From Candidatus Eiseniibacteriota bacterium (GTDB lineage: Bacteria; Eisenbacteria; RBG-16-71-46), in NCBI GenBank assembly GCA_963717505.1, contig OY970342.1, positions 1,888,001 to 1,952,000 on the forward strand: a stretch of 64,000 bases of DNA, in the 5' to 3' direction. Positions 39,342 to 48,060 of this stretch are shown here, one piece after another. Made by a program: the position numbers and the translations under genes. Under the pieces are notes generated by a model, which was given only the letters and a program-made list of their open reading frames with translations, was not told where the DNA came from and ran no database searches. Each line of letters begins with the position of its first letter. Position 1 is the first letter of the stretch.

Positions 39342-39871
39342 GCCGCACCGAGTGGCGCGAGGGCGACCGCACGCGCGTCGTCGAGTTGAATTCGATTGGT
39401 GCCGGGCGGTGGCGCGTTCGAGTCGACGACGCCGAGTTCGAAGTCGCGGCCGAGGTCGCCGAGGACGGTCGCATGCGGATCGTGGCGGACGGCGCCGTGC
39501 ACGTCGCCGAAGTCACTGCCGCCGGCGGCCGGCGTTTCGTCCGGCTGGGATCTCTGGACTTCGTGCTCGAACGCGAGGCCTCAGGCCGGCGCCGCGCCGG
39601 AAGCACGCATCACGGCGGCCTCGAAGCGCCGATGCCGGGCGCGATCACGCGCGTCCTGGTGTCGCCGGGGGACGCGGTTTCGCGGGGCCAGGCGCTGGTC
39701 GCCATCGAGGCGATGAAGATGGAGCACCTGGTGCGCTCCCCGCGGGCCGGCCGCGTCAAGACCGTGCGCGCCGGCGTCGGCGACCGGGTGGCTCCCGGAA
39801 CCGCGCTCATTGAGCTTGAGGAGCCGGAGTCCACGGCCGATACCCCGGCCGAACCGCCACCCGGTCGTTGA
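39338..39871 (+). CDS. Biotin carboxyl carrier protein (BT plus biotinyl domain)
   Basis: APMPG...EAMKME biotinylation motif. GTGA overlap with the biotin carboxylase stop. Confidence 0.85.
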   Translation: MSRTEWREGDRTRVVELNSIGAGRWRVRVDDAEFEVAAEVAEDGRMRIVADGAVHVAEVTAAGGRRFVRLGSLDFVLEREASGRRRAGSTHHGGLEAPMPGAITRVLVSPGDAVSRGQALVAIEAMKMEHLVRSPRAGRVKTVRAGVGDRVAPGTALIELEEPESTADTPAEPPPGR

Positions 39872-39896
39872 CCGGCCCAAGGCCCTGTGCTAGCGT
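39868..39896 (+). promoter_or_regulatory. Sigma70-like promoter upstream of the phoH leader
   Basis: TTGACC-N17-TAGCGT with an extended -10 TG. Confidence 0.5.
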
Positions 39897-40013
39897 TCCG
39901 CCTGTCGTCTCGGACTGGATCGCACCTGCGCACCCTGGCTCACGAGACGAGGTAAGTCTCTGGACGAACAAAGGTTGACACAACTCAGCCACCGTCACTT
40001 CAAGGCGGATTCG

Positions 40014-40065
40014 CTCTTGACCTGGCCCGTCCTGCGGGCTTCTCGGGTCAGGAGTTTTGTGCTTT
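40014..40065 (+). terminator. Intrinsic terminator-like hairpin in the leader before phoH
   Basis: CTCTTGACCTG...CGGGTCAGGAG stem (with GU pairs), inner GCCCG/CGGGC stem, followed by TTTTGTGCTTT. Confidence 0.55.
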
Positions 40066-40087
40066 CAGGGGCCTCGAGGACTTCCCG

Positions 40088-41206
40088 GTGATCGTTCGCA
40101 AGTTTCCCATCGAGCATCTCGACGCCATCACGCTGCTCGGACACAACGACTCGAACCTCCGACACATCGAACGTGCGCTCCCGGTACGGATCACGCTCCG
40201 CGACGGGACCATCACGGTTTCGGGCGAGGAGGACGCCGTGTCGTCGGCCGCGGACGCGCTCAAAGAGCTGGTGTTGCTGGCCGAGCGCGGCAAAGTGGTG
40301 GAAGACGCCGATGTCGCTGCGGCGCTCGGGGATTCCCGGCGCAACGGCAACGGCCAGCGCCTGTCCGAAGCCTACGATGGCGCTCCCGGTTACGCCTTCG
40401 AGCGCAAGGTGGTGCGCGCCCGCACGCCGACTCAGGCCGAATACCTGAAGGCGCTCCAGGAACACGACGTGGTGTTCGCGATCGGCCCGGCCGGGACCGG
40501 CAAGACTTACCTTGCGGTGGCGGCCGCGGTGAACGCATTGCGTCAGAAGAAAGCCGAGCGGATCATCCTGGTGCGCCCGGCGGTCGAAGCCGGCGAGAGC
40601 CTGGGCTTCCTGCCCGGCGACATGCAGGAGAAGGTCGATCCGTATTTGCGCCCGATGTACGACGCGCTCTCGGACCTGATGTCGTACGACAAGATGCGCC
40701 GGTACATGGAGCTGGGCGTCATCGAAATCGCCCCGCTCGCCTTCATGCGCGGGCGCACCCTGCACAACTCGTACGTGATCCTGGACGAGGCGCAGAACAC
40801 GACCGTGCGCCAGATGAAGATGTTCCTGACGCGCATGGGCGTGAACTCGCGCTGCGTGATCACCGGCGACGTGACCCAGATCGATCTCAAGGACCCCGGC
40901 GCTTCGGGGCTGGTCCGTATCCAGGGCATCCTCAATCACCTGCCCGACGTCAAATTCATCTACTTCCATCCCGAGGACGTGGTGCGTCATCGCCTGGTGC
41001 GCGACATCATTCGTGCCTTCGATGCCTACCACACGCGGATGAACGGCAATGCCGAGGACGGAGTCGGCGAGGCGCTGGAGATGGGTGGCGAATCGGGGAC
41101 CGCGCGCGGCCCCGAAGGCGCCACCGGCGCCGATTCCGCCGGCGATTTCGGGCGCGAAACCCCGTCGAACGGTCCCAAGCCGGGCTCTACCGGCCCGCTC
41201 CTCTAA
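40088..41206 (+). CDS. phoH: PhoH family ATPase (YbeZ-like)
   Basis: GPAGTGKTYLA, RPAVEAGESLGFLPGD, MRGRTL, DEAQN, GDVTQIDL, DVVRH. Confidence 0.93.
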   Translation: MIVRKFPIEHLDAITLLGHNDSNLRHIERALPVRITLRDGTITVSGEEDAVSSAADALKELVLLAERGKVVEDADVAAALGDSRRNGNGQRLSEAYDGAPGYAFERKVVRARTPTQAEYLKALQEHDVVFAIGPAGTGKTYLAVAAAVNALRQKKAERIILVRPAVEAGESLGFLPGDMQEKVDPYLRPMYDALSDLMSYDKMRRYMELGVIEIAPLAFMRGRTLHNSYVILDEAQNTTVRQMKMFLTRMGVNSRCVITGDVTQIDLKDPGASGLVRIQGILNHLPDVKFIYFHPEDVVRHRLVRDIIRAFDAYHTRMNGNAEDGVGEALEMGGESGTARGPEGATGADSAGDFGRETPSNGPKPGSTGPLL

Positions 41207-41230
41207 TCCACGCCTGACGCCGCAACGCCG

Positions 41231-43453
41231 ATGACCGATCCCGCAAGCCTGCCCCTGCCTGCGTTGCCGGACCGTCCCCGACGCGTCCGCTGGGGCTACT
41301 ACGCGACTCGGCTGCTGCTCGTGATCTTCCTGCTCGCGGTGGCCGCCTCATTGCCGACCCATCGCGCCGTGCCCGACAAGTATCGCTATCGCGAGGGCGA
41401 GATCGCACGCGAGCGGGTGGTCGCGCCCTACGATTTTCGCGTCGAGAAGGACGAGATGGCGTTGCGCCACGAGCAGGAGCAGGCCGCGTCGGCCGTGCCG
41501 CCGGTCTACGTGGTCGACGACCGCGCTTCGGCCGACATGATGTCCCGCTTCGGATCGTTTCAGGAGCGCACGCTGGAGCTGACGATCAACACGGCGCTGG
41601 CGCCGGCCGAGCGCACCGCGCGCATTCGCGCACTGGGGGTTCCGCTCGGAGAAGAGGCGGCGACGGCGCTCGGCGACCCGCGACGGACGCGACGCATCCT
41701 GCGGTCGCTGGCTTCGTGGCTCAACGAGATCTACGAGGCCGGGGTGGTCGCCGAAAAACGCTCGGGTGCGATCCAGGGCTACATGACGGTCCAGCTGCGT
41801 GACGGTGAAGCCGAAGCGCCGCGCGCGGCGTCGCTGGTGCGCGACCGCCGCGAGGCCCTGACGCTGATCGAACGGCGCGCGCAGTCGGCGATGCCCGACG
41901 ATCCGGTGGGCGTGCGGGTGACCGGCGAAATCGCCTCAGCGTTCATTCAGCCCAACGTCGTCTACGACCGCGCCGAAACCGAGTGGCGCCGGATCCAGGC
42001 GCAAGGGGTGGTGCCGGCAACCATCGGATTCGTCCAGAAGGACGAGTTGATCGTGGACGCGAACCAGCGGCTCGACGCCGATGCCGTGCTCAAGCTGCGC
42101 TCGTTGCGCAATCTCGAGGTCGCGCGCCGCAGTCGGTCCGAGTTCCTGTACCCGCCGGTCGCGCGCATGCTGCTGATGCTTCTGTTCATCGCCGCGTTCG
42201 TCGCGTACCTGCGCATGGAGCTGCCCGCGGTCTATCGCGACAATTTCATGCTCGGCATGTTCGCGCTGTTGACCGCGCTCGGGCTGGGCCTGACCCAGGT
42301 CCAGCTGACGCTGCTCGAAATGCCGATCCACTCGATCGCGATCGCTTTCGCGCCGCTGGTCGCGGCGTCGCTCCTGGAGAAGCGGCCGGCGCTGGTGTTC
42401 ACGCTGATGCTGGTGGTGATCACCATCTCGGTCGGGGAGCTGCCGGCGCCCTTCATTCCGGTCGCAGTGATGGGCGGGATCACCGCGGTCTACTCGGTGG
42501 CCCGACTGCGCCACCGCTGGCACTTCGCGGCGGCGTTCGTCACCATTTCGCTCGCCAACGCCGCGGCGATCCTGGCCTGGGACCTGGCGCGATCCGACTC
42601 ATTCGCCGCGGTGGCCCGCGACATCATGTGGGGTTCGGTCGGCGCATTCGCCGCGACTGCGATCGCGTTCCTGATGCTGCCGTGGATCGAGCACGTCTTC
42701 GGACTGACGTCGGACGTCACGCTGCTCGAGCTCTCCGATCTGAACCGCCCGATCCTCAAGCGTCTCCAGCTCGAAGCACCCGGGACCTACCATCACAGCA
42801 TGATCGTCGGCAGTCTGGCCGAGGCGGGAGCCGAGGCGGTCGGAGCCAACTCGCTGCTGACCCGAGTCATGGCCTACTACCACGACATCGGCAAACTTTC
42901 GAAGCCCGAGTACTACGCCGAGAACGAACCGGCTTCGTCGCGCAGCCGGCACGAAAAGCTGGCGCCGAGTATGAGCACGCTGGTGGTCAAGTCGCACATC
43001 AGCGAAGGGCTCGAGATCGCGAAGCGCATCCGACTGCCGCGTGCGGTGCAGGCGGCGATTCCCGAGCACCACGGCACAATGGTCATGGCGTTCTTCTATC
43101 ACAAGGCGCTCGAGTTGGACCCGGGCGCACGCCGCGCCGATTTCAGCTACCCGGGGCCGCGGCCGCGCTCGCGCGAGACCGCGATCCTGATGCTGGCCGA
43201 CGGCGTCGAGGGCGCCTCGCGCGCGCTGGAAGAGCCGACGCCCAGCCGCATTCGCGGACTAGTCACGCGCATCATCTCGGAGCGCGTCGCCGACGGCCAG
43301 CTCGACGAGTGCCCGCTGTCGATCCAGGAGCTGGCGAGGATCCGCGAGTCGTTCATTCCGGTTCTGACCGCGATCTTCCACGTGCGTGCGCCCTATCCGG
43401 AAGCTCCCAAGCGTCACGGGCGCGAGCACGCCGACGCGCGCCGCGAGGGCTGA
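41231..43453 (+). CDS. 7TM HD/HDIG phosphohydrolase (PgpH-like, c-di-AMP phosphodiesterase family)
   Basis: Extracellular domain, about 7 TMs, APGTYHHS, YYHDIGK, EHHGT, YPGPRP, MLADGVE. Conserved phoH-HDIG-ybeY order. Confidence 0.88.
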   Translation: MTDPASLPLPALPDRPRRVRWGYYATRLLLVIFLLAVAASLPTHRAVPDKYRYREGEIARERVVAPYDFRVEKDEMALRHEQEQAASAVPPVYVVDDRASADMMSRFGSFQERTLELTINTALAPAERTARIRALGVPLGEEAATALGDPRRTRRILRSLASWLNEIYEAGVVAEKRSGAIQGYMTVQLRDGEAEAPRAASLVRDRREALTLIERRAQSAMPDDPVGVRVTGEIASAFIQPNVVYDRAETEWRRIQAQGVVPATIGFVQKDELIVDANQRLDADAVLKLRSLRNLEVARRSRSEFLYPPVARMLLMLLFIAAFVAYLRMELPAVYRDNFMLGMFALLTALGLGLTQVQLTLLEMPIHSIAIAFAPLVAASLLEKRPALVFTLMLVVITISVGELPAPFIPVAVMGGITAVYSVARLRHRWHFAAAFVTISLANAAAILAWDLARSDSFAAVARDIMWGSVGAFAATAIAFLMLPWIEHVFGLTSDVTLLELSDLNRPILKRLQLEAPGTYHHSMIVGSLAEAGAEAVGANSLLTRVMAYYHDIGKLSKPEYYAENEPASSRSRHEKLAPSMSTLVVKSHISEGLEIAKRIRLPRAVQAAIPEHHGTMVMAFFYHKALELDPGARRADFSYPGPRPRSRETAILMLADGVEGASRALEEPTPSRIRGLVTRIISERVADGQLDECPLSIQELARIRESFIPVLTAIFHVRAPYPEAPKRHGREHADARREG

Positions 43454-43460
43454 CGGCCGC

Positions 43461-44003
43461 ATGCCGCTGGTCGTGTCCGGGCCGCCCGCCCTCTGGCGCG
43501 CGGCTCGCCCGCTGACGGCGATCGTTCGCCGCGCGCTCGGTCCCGAGTCCCGGGTCTGTGGTGATCTGACCGTGGTCCTGGCGCGCGACCTGGACCTGCG
43601 CGCCCTCAACCGGAGGTGGCGCGGCATCGATCGCGCGACCGACGTCCTGAGCTTCTCGTACGACGACGCAGAACCCGCGGCGAGCCGCCGCCGCGTCGAC
43701 GGCGATCTGGTCATCTCGCTCGACCGAGTCACGGCCCAGGCCCGCCGCTACCGGGTGAGCCGGGGCCTGGAACTCGCGCGGTTGGTGATCCACGGGGCCC
43801 TGCACCTGGCGGGACTCGATCACCATCGTCCCGGCGAACGCCGGCACATGCGCGCGCGCGAAGAGGCGGCGCTGCGCGCCTGTCGTTCGGCGGCGATCAC
43901 GCTGGATCGCATCCTTGCGGCCGCCGACCCGAGTCCGCCGCGCGGCCCGAGTGTCGTGCGCCGTCGAATCGGCCGCGTGACCCGGGCGACCCGAAGCAGC
44001 TAG
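43461..44003 (+). CDS. ybeY: rRNA maturation RNase YbeY
   Basis: LNRRWRG...TDVLSF, GDLVIS, HGALHLAGLDH. Confidence 0.9.
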   Translation: MPLVVSGPPALWRAARPLTAIVRRALGPESRVCGDLTVVLARDLDLRALNRRWRGIDRATDVLSFSYDDAEPAASRRRVDGDLVISLDRVTAQARRYRVSRGLELARLVIHGALHLAGLDHHRPGERRHMRAREEAALRACRSAAITLDRILAAADPSPPRGPSVVRRRIGRVTRATRSS

Positions 44004-44042
44004 AGTCGTGGATCGCGCGGGCTCGGGCTCGCGCCCCCGACC

Positions 44043-44681
44043 ATGGACTCGCCGATCTCATCGTCCAGCGCCGACGGCTCGCGCCTCCTCGGCTGGATTC
44101 GCGCCCGGCTGCTGACCGGGCTCCTGGTGCTGGCACCATCGGCGATCACGTTCTGGGTCCTGTTCCGTCTGCTGAACTGGATGGACAACCTGCTCGGGCG
44201 CTACTTCCGATTCGAGTTCTTCGACTACAACCGGATCCCCGGGCTCGGATTGGTGGCCACGCTGCTCCTGCTGCTCCTGGTCGGCGCGATCGCCGCCTGG
44301 ATCGGATCTGGTCCGATCGTCCGGCTGTGGGACCGCGCGCTGACGCGCATTCCCGGGATCGGCATCGTCTACGGCTCGACCAAGTCGCTGGGCGAGGCGC
44401 TGATCCAGCGCAAGGAAGACACGTTCAAACGGGTCGTCCTGATTCCGTGGCCGCATTCGGGGATGTGGCGCGTCGGATTCATCACTGGTCGCGCCGGCCC
44501 GGAAGTGCGCGAACAGGTCCAGCAGGACGTCGAAGTCGTGTTCGTGCCGCACACGCCGAATCCGGCGTCGGGGTTCGTCCACTACGTTCCCAAGAAGGAC
44601 GTGATCTACCTCGACTGGTCGGTCGAGGATGGACTCAAGGTCATCGTTTCCGGCGGCGTGGTTCAACCGGGTTCCGACTGA
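44043..44681 (+). CDS. DUF502 membrane protein
   Basis: LLTGLLVLAP, RIPGIGIVYGSTK, VFVPHTPNPASG, SVEDGLKVIVSGG. Confidence 0.88.
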   Translation: MDSPISSSSADGSRLLGWIRARLLTGLLVLAPSAITFWVLFRLLNWMDNLLGRYFRFEFFDYNRIPGLGLVATLLLLLLVGAIAAWIGSGPIVRLWDRALTRIPGIGIVYGSTKSLGEALIQRKEDTFKRVVLIPWPHSGMWRVGFITGRAGPEVREQVQQDVEVVFVPHTPNPASGFVHYVPKKDVIYLDWSVEDGLKVIVSGGVVQPGSD

Positions 44682-44684
44682 GCC

Positions 44685-45503
44685 ATGGCGATCGTCACCA
44701 GCGAGGGGATCGTCCTCAAGACCCACGCACTCGGGAATACCAGTCGAATCGTGGTGGTCTACACGCGCGATCACGGTCTGCTCAAGTTGGTGGCCAAGGG
44801 CGCGCGCCGGCCGCCGAACCGTTTCGGCTTCGCGCTCGAGCCGCTGTCGCGCGCACGCTTCACGCTCTATCACCGGCCCGATCGCGATCTGCTGTTGTTG
44901 TCCCAGGCCGAAGTCATCGATCCGCTCGGCAGCCGACTCCACGACCTGGCGCGCTTCGCCCACGCGCAGGCGGCGATCGAGCTCCTGGATCGCGTGGTGT
45001 GGGGCGAGGAGCCGCATGCGCTGCTCTACGACCTGCTGGCGTCCACGCTCGCAGCCACCGGCACGGCACCGCTCGCGGCTCTGGACGCGGTGACGCTCGC
45101 CTACGAACTTCAGGTCGCGAGCCTGATGGGTTATCGCCCGCGGCTCGACGCCTGCGCTGGTTGTGGCTCCGCGCTCTCGCCGCGACGGCTGTTCTCGCCG
45201 GCCCGCGGGGGACTGTTGTGCGATCGCTGCGCCGCCGCCGAGGCGGGCACCATCGCGCTCTCGGCCGATGCGCTCGCCGGGTTGGCGCTCCTGGTTTCGC
45301 GACCGGTGCTCGAGGCCGGCGAGTTCGTCGAGATCCGGCGCGCGGGGGAGATCCAGCGGGTGGTCGAGATGTTCTTTCGCCATCACTTCCAGCGCTTCCA
45401 CGGGCTGCGCTCGCTCGAAATGCTGCGCTCGCTGCCGAGTGTCCCGGATCCGGTGGGGGAGCTTCCCGGCCCCGCTCGGAGCCGGGTCCCGGCGACTCGA
45501 TAG
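44685..45503 (+). CDS. recO: DNA repair protein RecO
   Basis: EGIVLK, AKGARR, LEP, zinc finger CAGC...CDRC. Confidence 0.92.
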   Translation: MAIVTSEGIVLKTHALGNTSRIVVVYTRDHGLLKLVAKGARRPPNRFGFALEPLSRARFTLYHRPDRDLLLLSQAEVIDPLGSRLHDLARFAHAQAAIELLDRVVWGEEPHALLYDLLASTLAATGTAPLAALDAVTLAYELQVASLMGYRPRLDACAGCGSALSPRRLFSPARGGLLCDRCAAAEAGTIALSADALAGLALLVSRPVLEAGEFVEIRRAGEIQRVVEMFFRHHFQRFHGLRSLEMLRSLPSVPDPVGELPGPARSRVPATR

Positions 45504-45606
45504 GGCCCCGGACAGCCACGGAAGCTTCACTCTTCTGGTGTGGGAAAGTCCCTGAAGCAGACGTAGAATCCCCAGTGGGAATCCCCCGCCAAGCGAGGAG
45601 GATGTC

Positions 45607-46890
45607 ATGAGGTCCACGTGCCGTGACCTGTCTACGGTCCTGCTTGCGGTCCTCGCCATGCGGTGTGTGGGCAGCGTACCGATCGCCAGCGCCGCCGGCG
45701 TCCCGACCTATGTCGGCGAATGGGGAACCCTTGGAACGGGTCCGCTCAACTTCAATGGTCCGACCGGAATCCATGTCGGTCCCGATGGGCGGGTCTACGT
45801 CGCGGACAACGGAAATCGCCGCATCAAAGTCTTCACCACCGATGGATTGTTCGTCCGCGAATGGTTGTGCTCCGACGGGAGCGTGCTCGACCGGCCGTGG
45901 GACGTCGCGGTGGGTGCGGGGAACGTCGTCTACGTCACCGCATCGAATCACCGCGTGCTCGAGTTCACGGATCAGGGTGTGTTCCTGGATGGTTGGGGCA
46001 GCTACGGCTTCTGCGACGGCGAGTTCTCGCTGCCGGTTTCGGTGGCTACCGACGCGGCCGGCGACGTGTACGTCTCCGACTTCGCCAACCAACGAATCCA
46101 GAAGTTCACGGCGGTTGGGGGGTTCATCACCAAATGGGGATCCTCGGTGCCCGAGTGTGCGCCCCCCGCGCAGGAGGCGTTCTATCCCGTGTCCATCGCC
46201 ACCGACGCGTCCGCTCGCGTTCACGTGATCGCGCGCGTGGCGACCGGGAACGGGCCGCCGAATCCGCCGTACGAGATGGAGGTCCAGCGCTTCTCGAACA
46301 CAGGAGATCCGCTCGGAGCATGGGTGGCCGCCGGGGCGGCGGGCGGCGTGGTCGAGCCGTTCGGGATCACCGTGAACTCGGTGGGGGTGGTGTTCGTCGC
46401 CGACCCGAATTCGCACCGGATCCGCTGGTTCGATGCCGATGGCAACGTTCTGGGCACCTTCGGGTCCTTCGGTCCGACTCCCGGCCGTTTCTACGATCCG
46501 CGCGACCTGGCGTTCGACGCCGATGGGGACTTGTTCGTCCTGGACGCGGGGAACAATCGGGTTCAGAAGTTCACGTTCGCCACCGCAGACGTGCCGCTGG
46601 ACGGCGAGGCGATCTCGTTGCGCGCATGGCCCAATCCCGCGCGTGGCCTGGTCTCCGTGGAGTTCGGCCTGACGCATGGCGGCGCCTGCGAGGTCGGGGT
46701 CTACGACTTGAGTGGTCGTCGGGTCGCGTTGCTCGACAAGTCCGTCCGGCCGGCGGGGAATCACCAGGTCCGATGGAGCGGCCTGAACGACGAGGGTCAG
46801 CCCGTCTCCCCCGGCGTGTACTTGTATCGGGTCCAAGCCGGGGAACAGATTCGAACCGGCCGCGTTGCGTGGCTGAGTCCGGGCGACTGA
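45607..46890 (+). CDS. Secreted NHL-repeat beta-propeller protein with C-terminal FlgD-Ig/T9SS-like domain
   Basis: Repeats such as FNGPTGI...YVADNGNRRIKVF and FYDPRDLAF...DAGNNRVQKF. Tail WPNP...VYDLSGRRV...WSGLNDEGQPVSPGVYLY. Confidence 0.85.
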   Translation: MRSTCRDLSTVLLAVLAMRCVGSVPIASAAGVPTYVGEWGTLGTGPLNFNGPTGIHVGPDGRVYVADNGNRRIKVFTTDGLFVREWLCSDGSVLDRPWDVAVGAGNVVYVTASNHRVLEFTDQGVFLDGWGSYGFCDGEFSLPVSVATDAAGDVYVSDFANQRIQKFTAVGGFITKWGSSVPECAPPAQEAFYPVSIATDASARVHVIARVATGNGPPNPPYEMEVQRFSNTGDPLGAWVAAGAAGGVVEPFGITVNSVGVVFVADPNSHRIRWFDADGNVLGTFGSFGPTPGRFYDPRDLAFDADGDLFVLDAGNNRVQKFTFATADVPLDGEAISLRAWPNPARGLVSVEFGLTHGGACEVGVYDLSGRRVALLDKSVRPAGNHQVRWSGLNDEGQPVSPGVYLYRVQAGEQIRTGRVAWLSPGD

Positions 46891-46909
46891 AGCGCCGCAT
46901 CGACGTTTC

Positions 46910-46945
46910 GGCGAAGGGGCTGCCGGAGTGGGCGGCCCCTCGCTG
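46910..46945. terminator. Hairpin downstream of the NHL gene
   Basis: GGCGAAGGGGCTGCC...GGCGGCCCCTCGCTG imperfect stem. Confidence 0.35.
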
Positions 46946-46980
46946 ATTCTCCGGCGAAGTCGAAGCGCGCGGCTCCAGGT

Positions 46981-47009
46981 TTCACCGGCGCGACCCTTCG
47001 CCTTATAGT
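46981..47009 (+). promoter_or_regulatory. Sigma70-like promoter for glyQS
   Basis: TTCACC-N17-TATAGT. Confidence 0.45.
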
Positions 47010-47100
47010 ACCGGGCTTGAAGCTGCCGATCGGGGGCGGCCACCAGACGTTCGAGATCGCTCGAGCCCTGCCCCTGCCGCCTAACCACTCCCAGACGCCC

Positions 47101-48060
47101 GTGACCCCGCTCGATCCCAAACGCTCGCTCCAGGAAATGATGCTCGCGCTCGAGACCTATTGGGCGGTGCGCGGGTGCATCCTCCAACAGCCGTATCCGT
47201 CGGAGGTCGGCGCCGGCACGTTCAATCCGGCGACGTTCCTGCGCTCGCTCGGACCCGAGCCGTGGAAGGTCGCGCACATCGAGCCGTCGCGCCGACCCAA
47301 GGACGGCCGCTACGGCGAGAACCCGAATCGCTTCCAGCAGTTCTACCAGTACCAGGTGCTGCTCAAGCCCGCGCCGGCGGACGTCGTGGACCAGTACTTC
47401 GACTCGCTCCAGTCGCTCGGCATCGACCCGCGCGAGCACGATCTGCGGCTGGTCGAGGACGACTGGGAGTCGCCGACCCTGGGTGCGGCCGGCCTCGGCT
47501 GGCAGGTGTGGATGGACGGCACCGAGATCTCCCAGTTCACCTACTTCCAGCAGTGCGGCGGGATCGAGCTGCCGGTGGTCTCGGCTGAGCTGACCTACGG
47601 CCTCGACCGCATCGGCATGCTGCTCCAGGGCGTGTCGCGCGTGCAGGACCTGGTGTGGGCGCCGGGCGACGCCGCGAACGGGTTGCCGAGGATCCTCTGG
47701 GCGGATCTCTGGCTCCAGAACGAGAAGGAGTTCTCACGCTACAACTTCGAAGAGGCCGACGTGCCGGGCCACCTCGAGATGTTCAAGTTCTGGGAGCGTG
47801 AAGCCGCGCGTCTGCTGGACTTGGGGCTGGTGATGCCGGGTTACGACGCGGTGATCAAGTGCTCGCACCTGTTCAACGTGCTCGACGCGCGCGGCGCGAT
47901 CTCGGTGAGCGAGCGCGTCGGCTACATCGGGCGCGTGCGCCGCCTGGCCCGCCAGGCGTCGGAGGCCTACGTCGCGCAGCGGCGCGAGCTCGGCTTTCCG
48001 TTGCTCCGCGACCAGGCCGAGCGCGCGAAGTGGCTGGCGGCCGACGAGGTCGAGGCGTGA
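47101..48060 (+). CDS. glyQ: Glycine--tRNA ligase alpha subunit
   Basis: [59 protein letters not shown]. Start uncertain (47101 GTG or 47137 ATG). Confidence 0.95.
   Translation: MTPLDPKRSLQEMMLALETYWAVRGCILQQPYPSEVGAGTFNPATFLRSLGPEPWKVAHIEPSRRPKDGRYGENPNRFQQFYQYQVLLKPAPADVVDQYFDSLQSLGIDPREHDLRLVEDDWESPTLGAAGLGWQVWMDGTEISQFTYFQQCGGIELPVVSAELTYGLDRIGMLLQGVSRVQDLVWAPGDAANGLPRILWADLWLQNEKEFSRYNFEEADVPGHLEMFKFWEREAARLLDLGLVMPGYDAVIKCSHLFNVLDARGAISVSERVGYIGRVRRLARQASEAYVAQRRELGFPLLRDQAERAKWLAADEVEA

Noticed and set aside
39889-39902. ykkC/guanidine-I riboswitch suggested by GCTAGCGTTCCG
   Set aside because: Only a partial match to CUAGGGUUCCG, the 3' conserved elements are absent, and the segment overlaps the predicted -10 box.
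46891-47100. T-box riboswitch upstream of glyQS
   Set aside because: No GGUGGNACC T-box motif or terminator is present, and the leader is too short.
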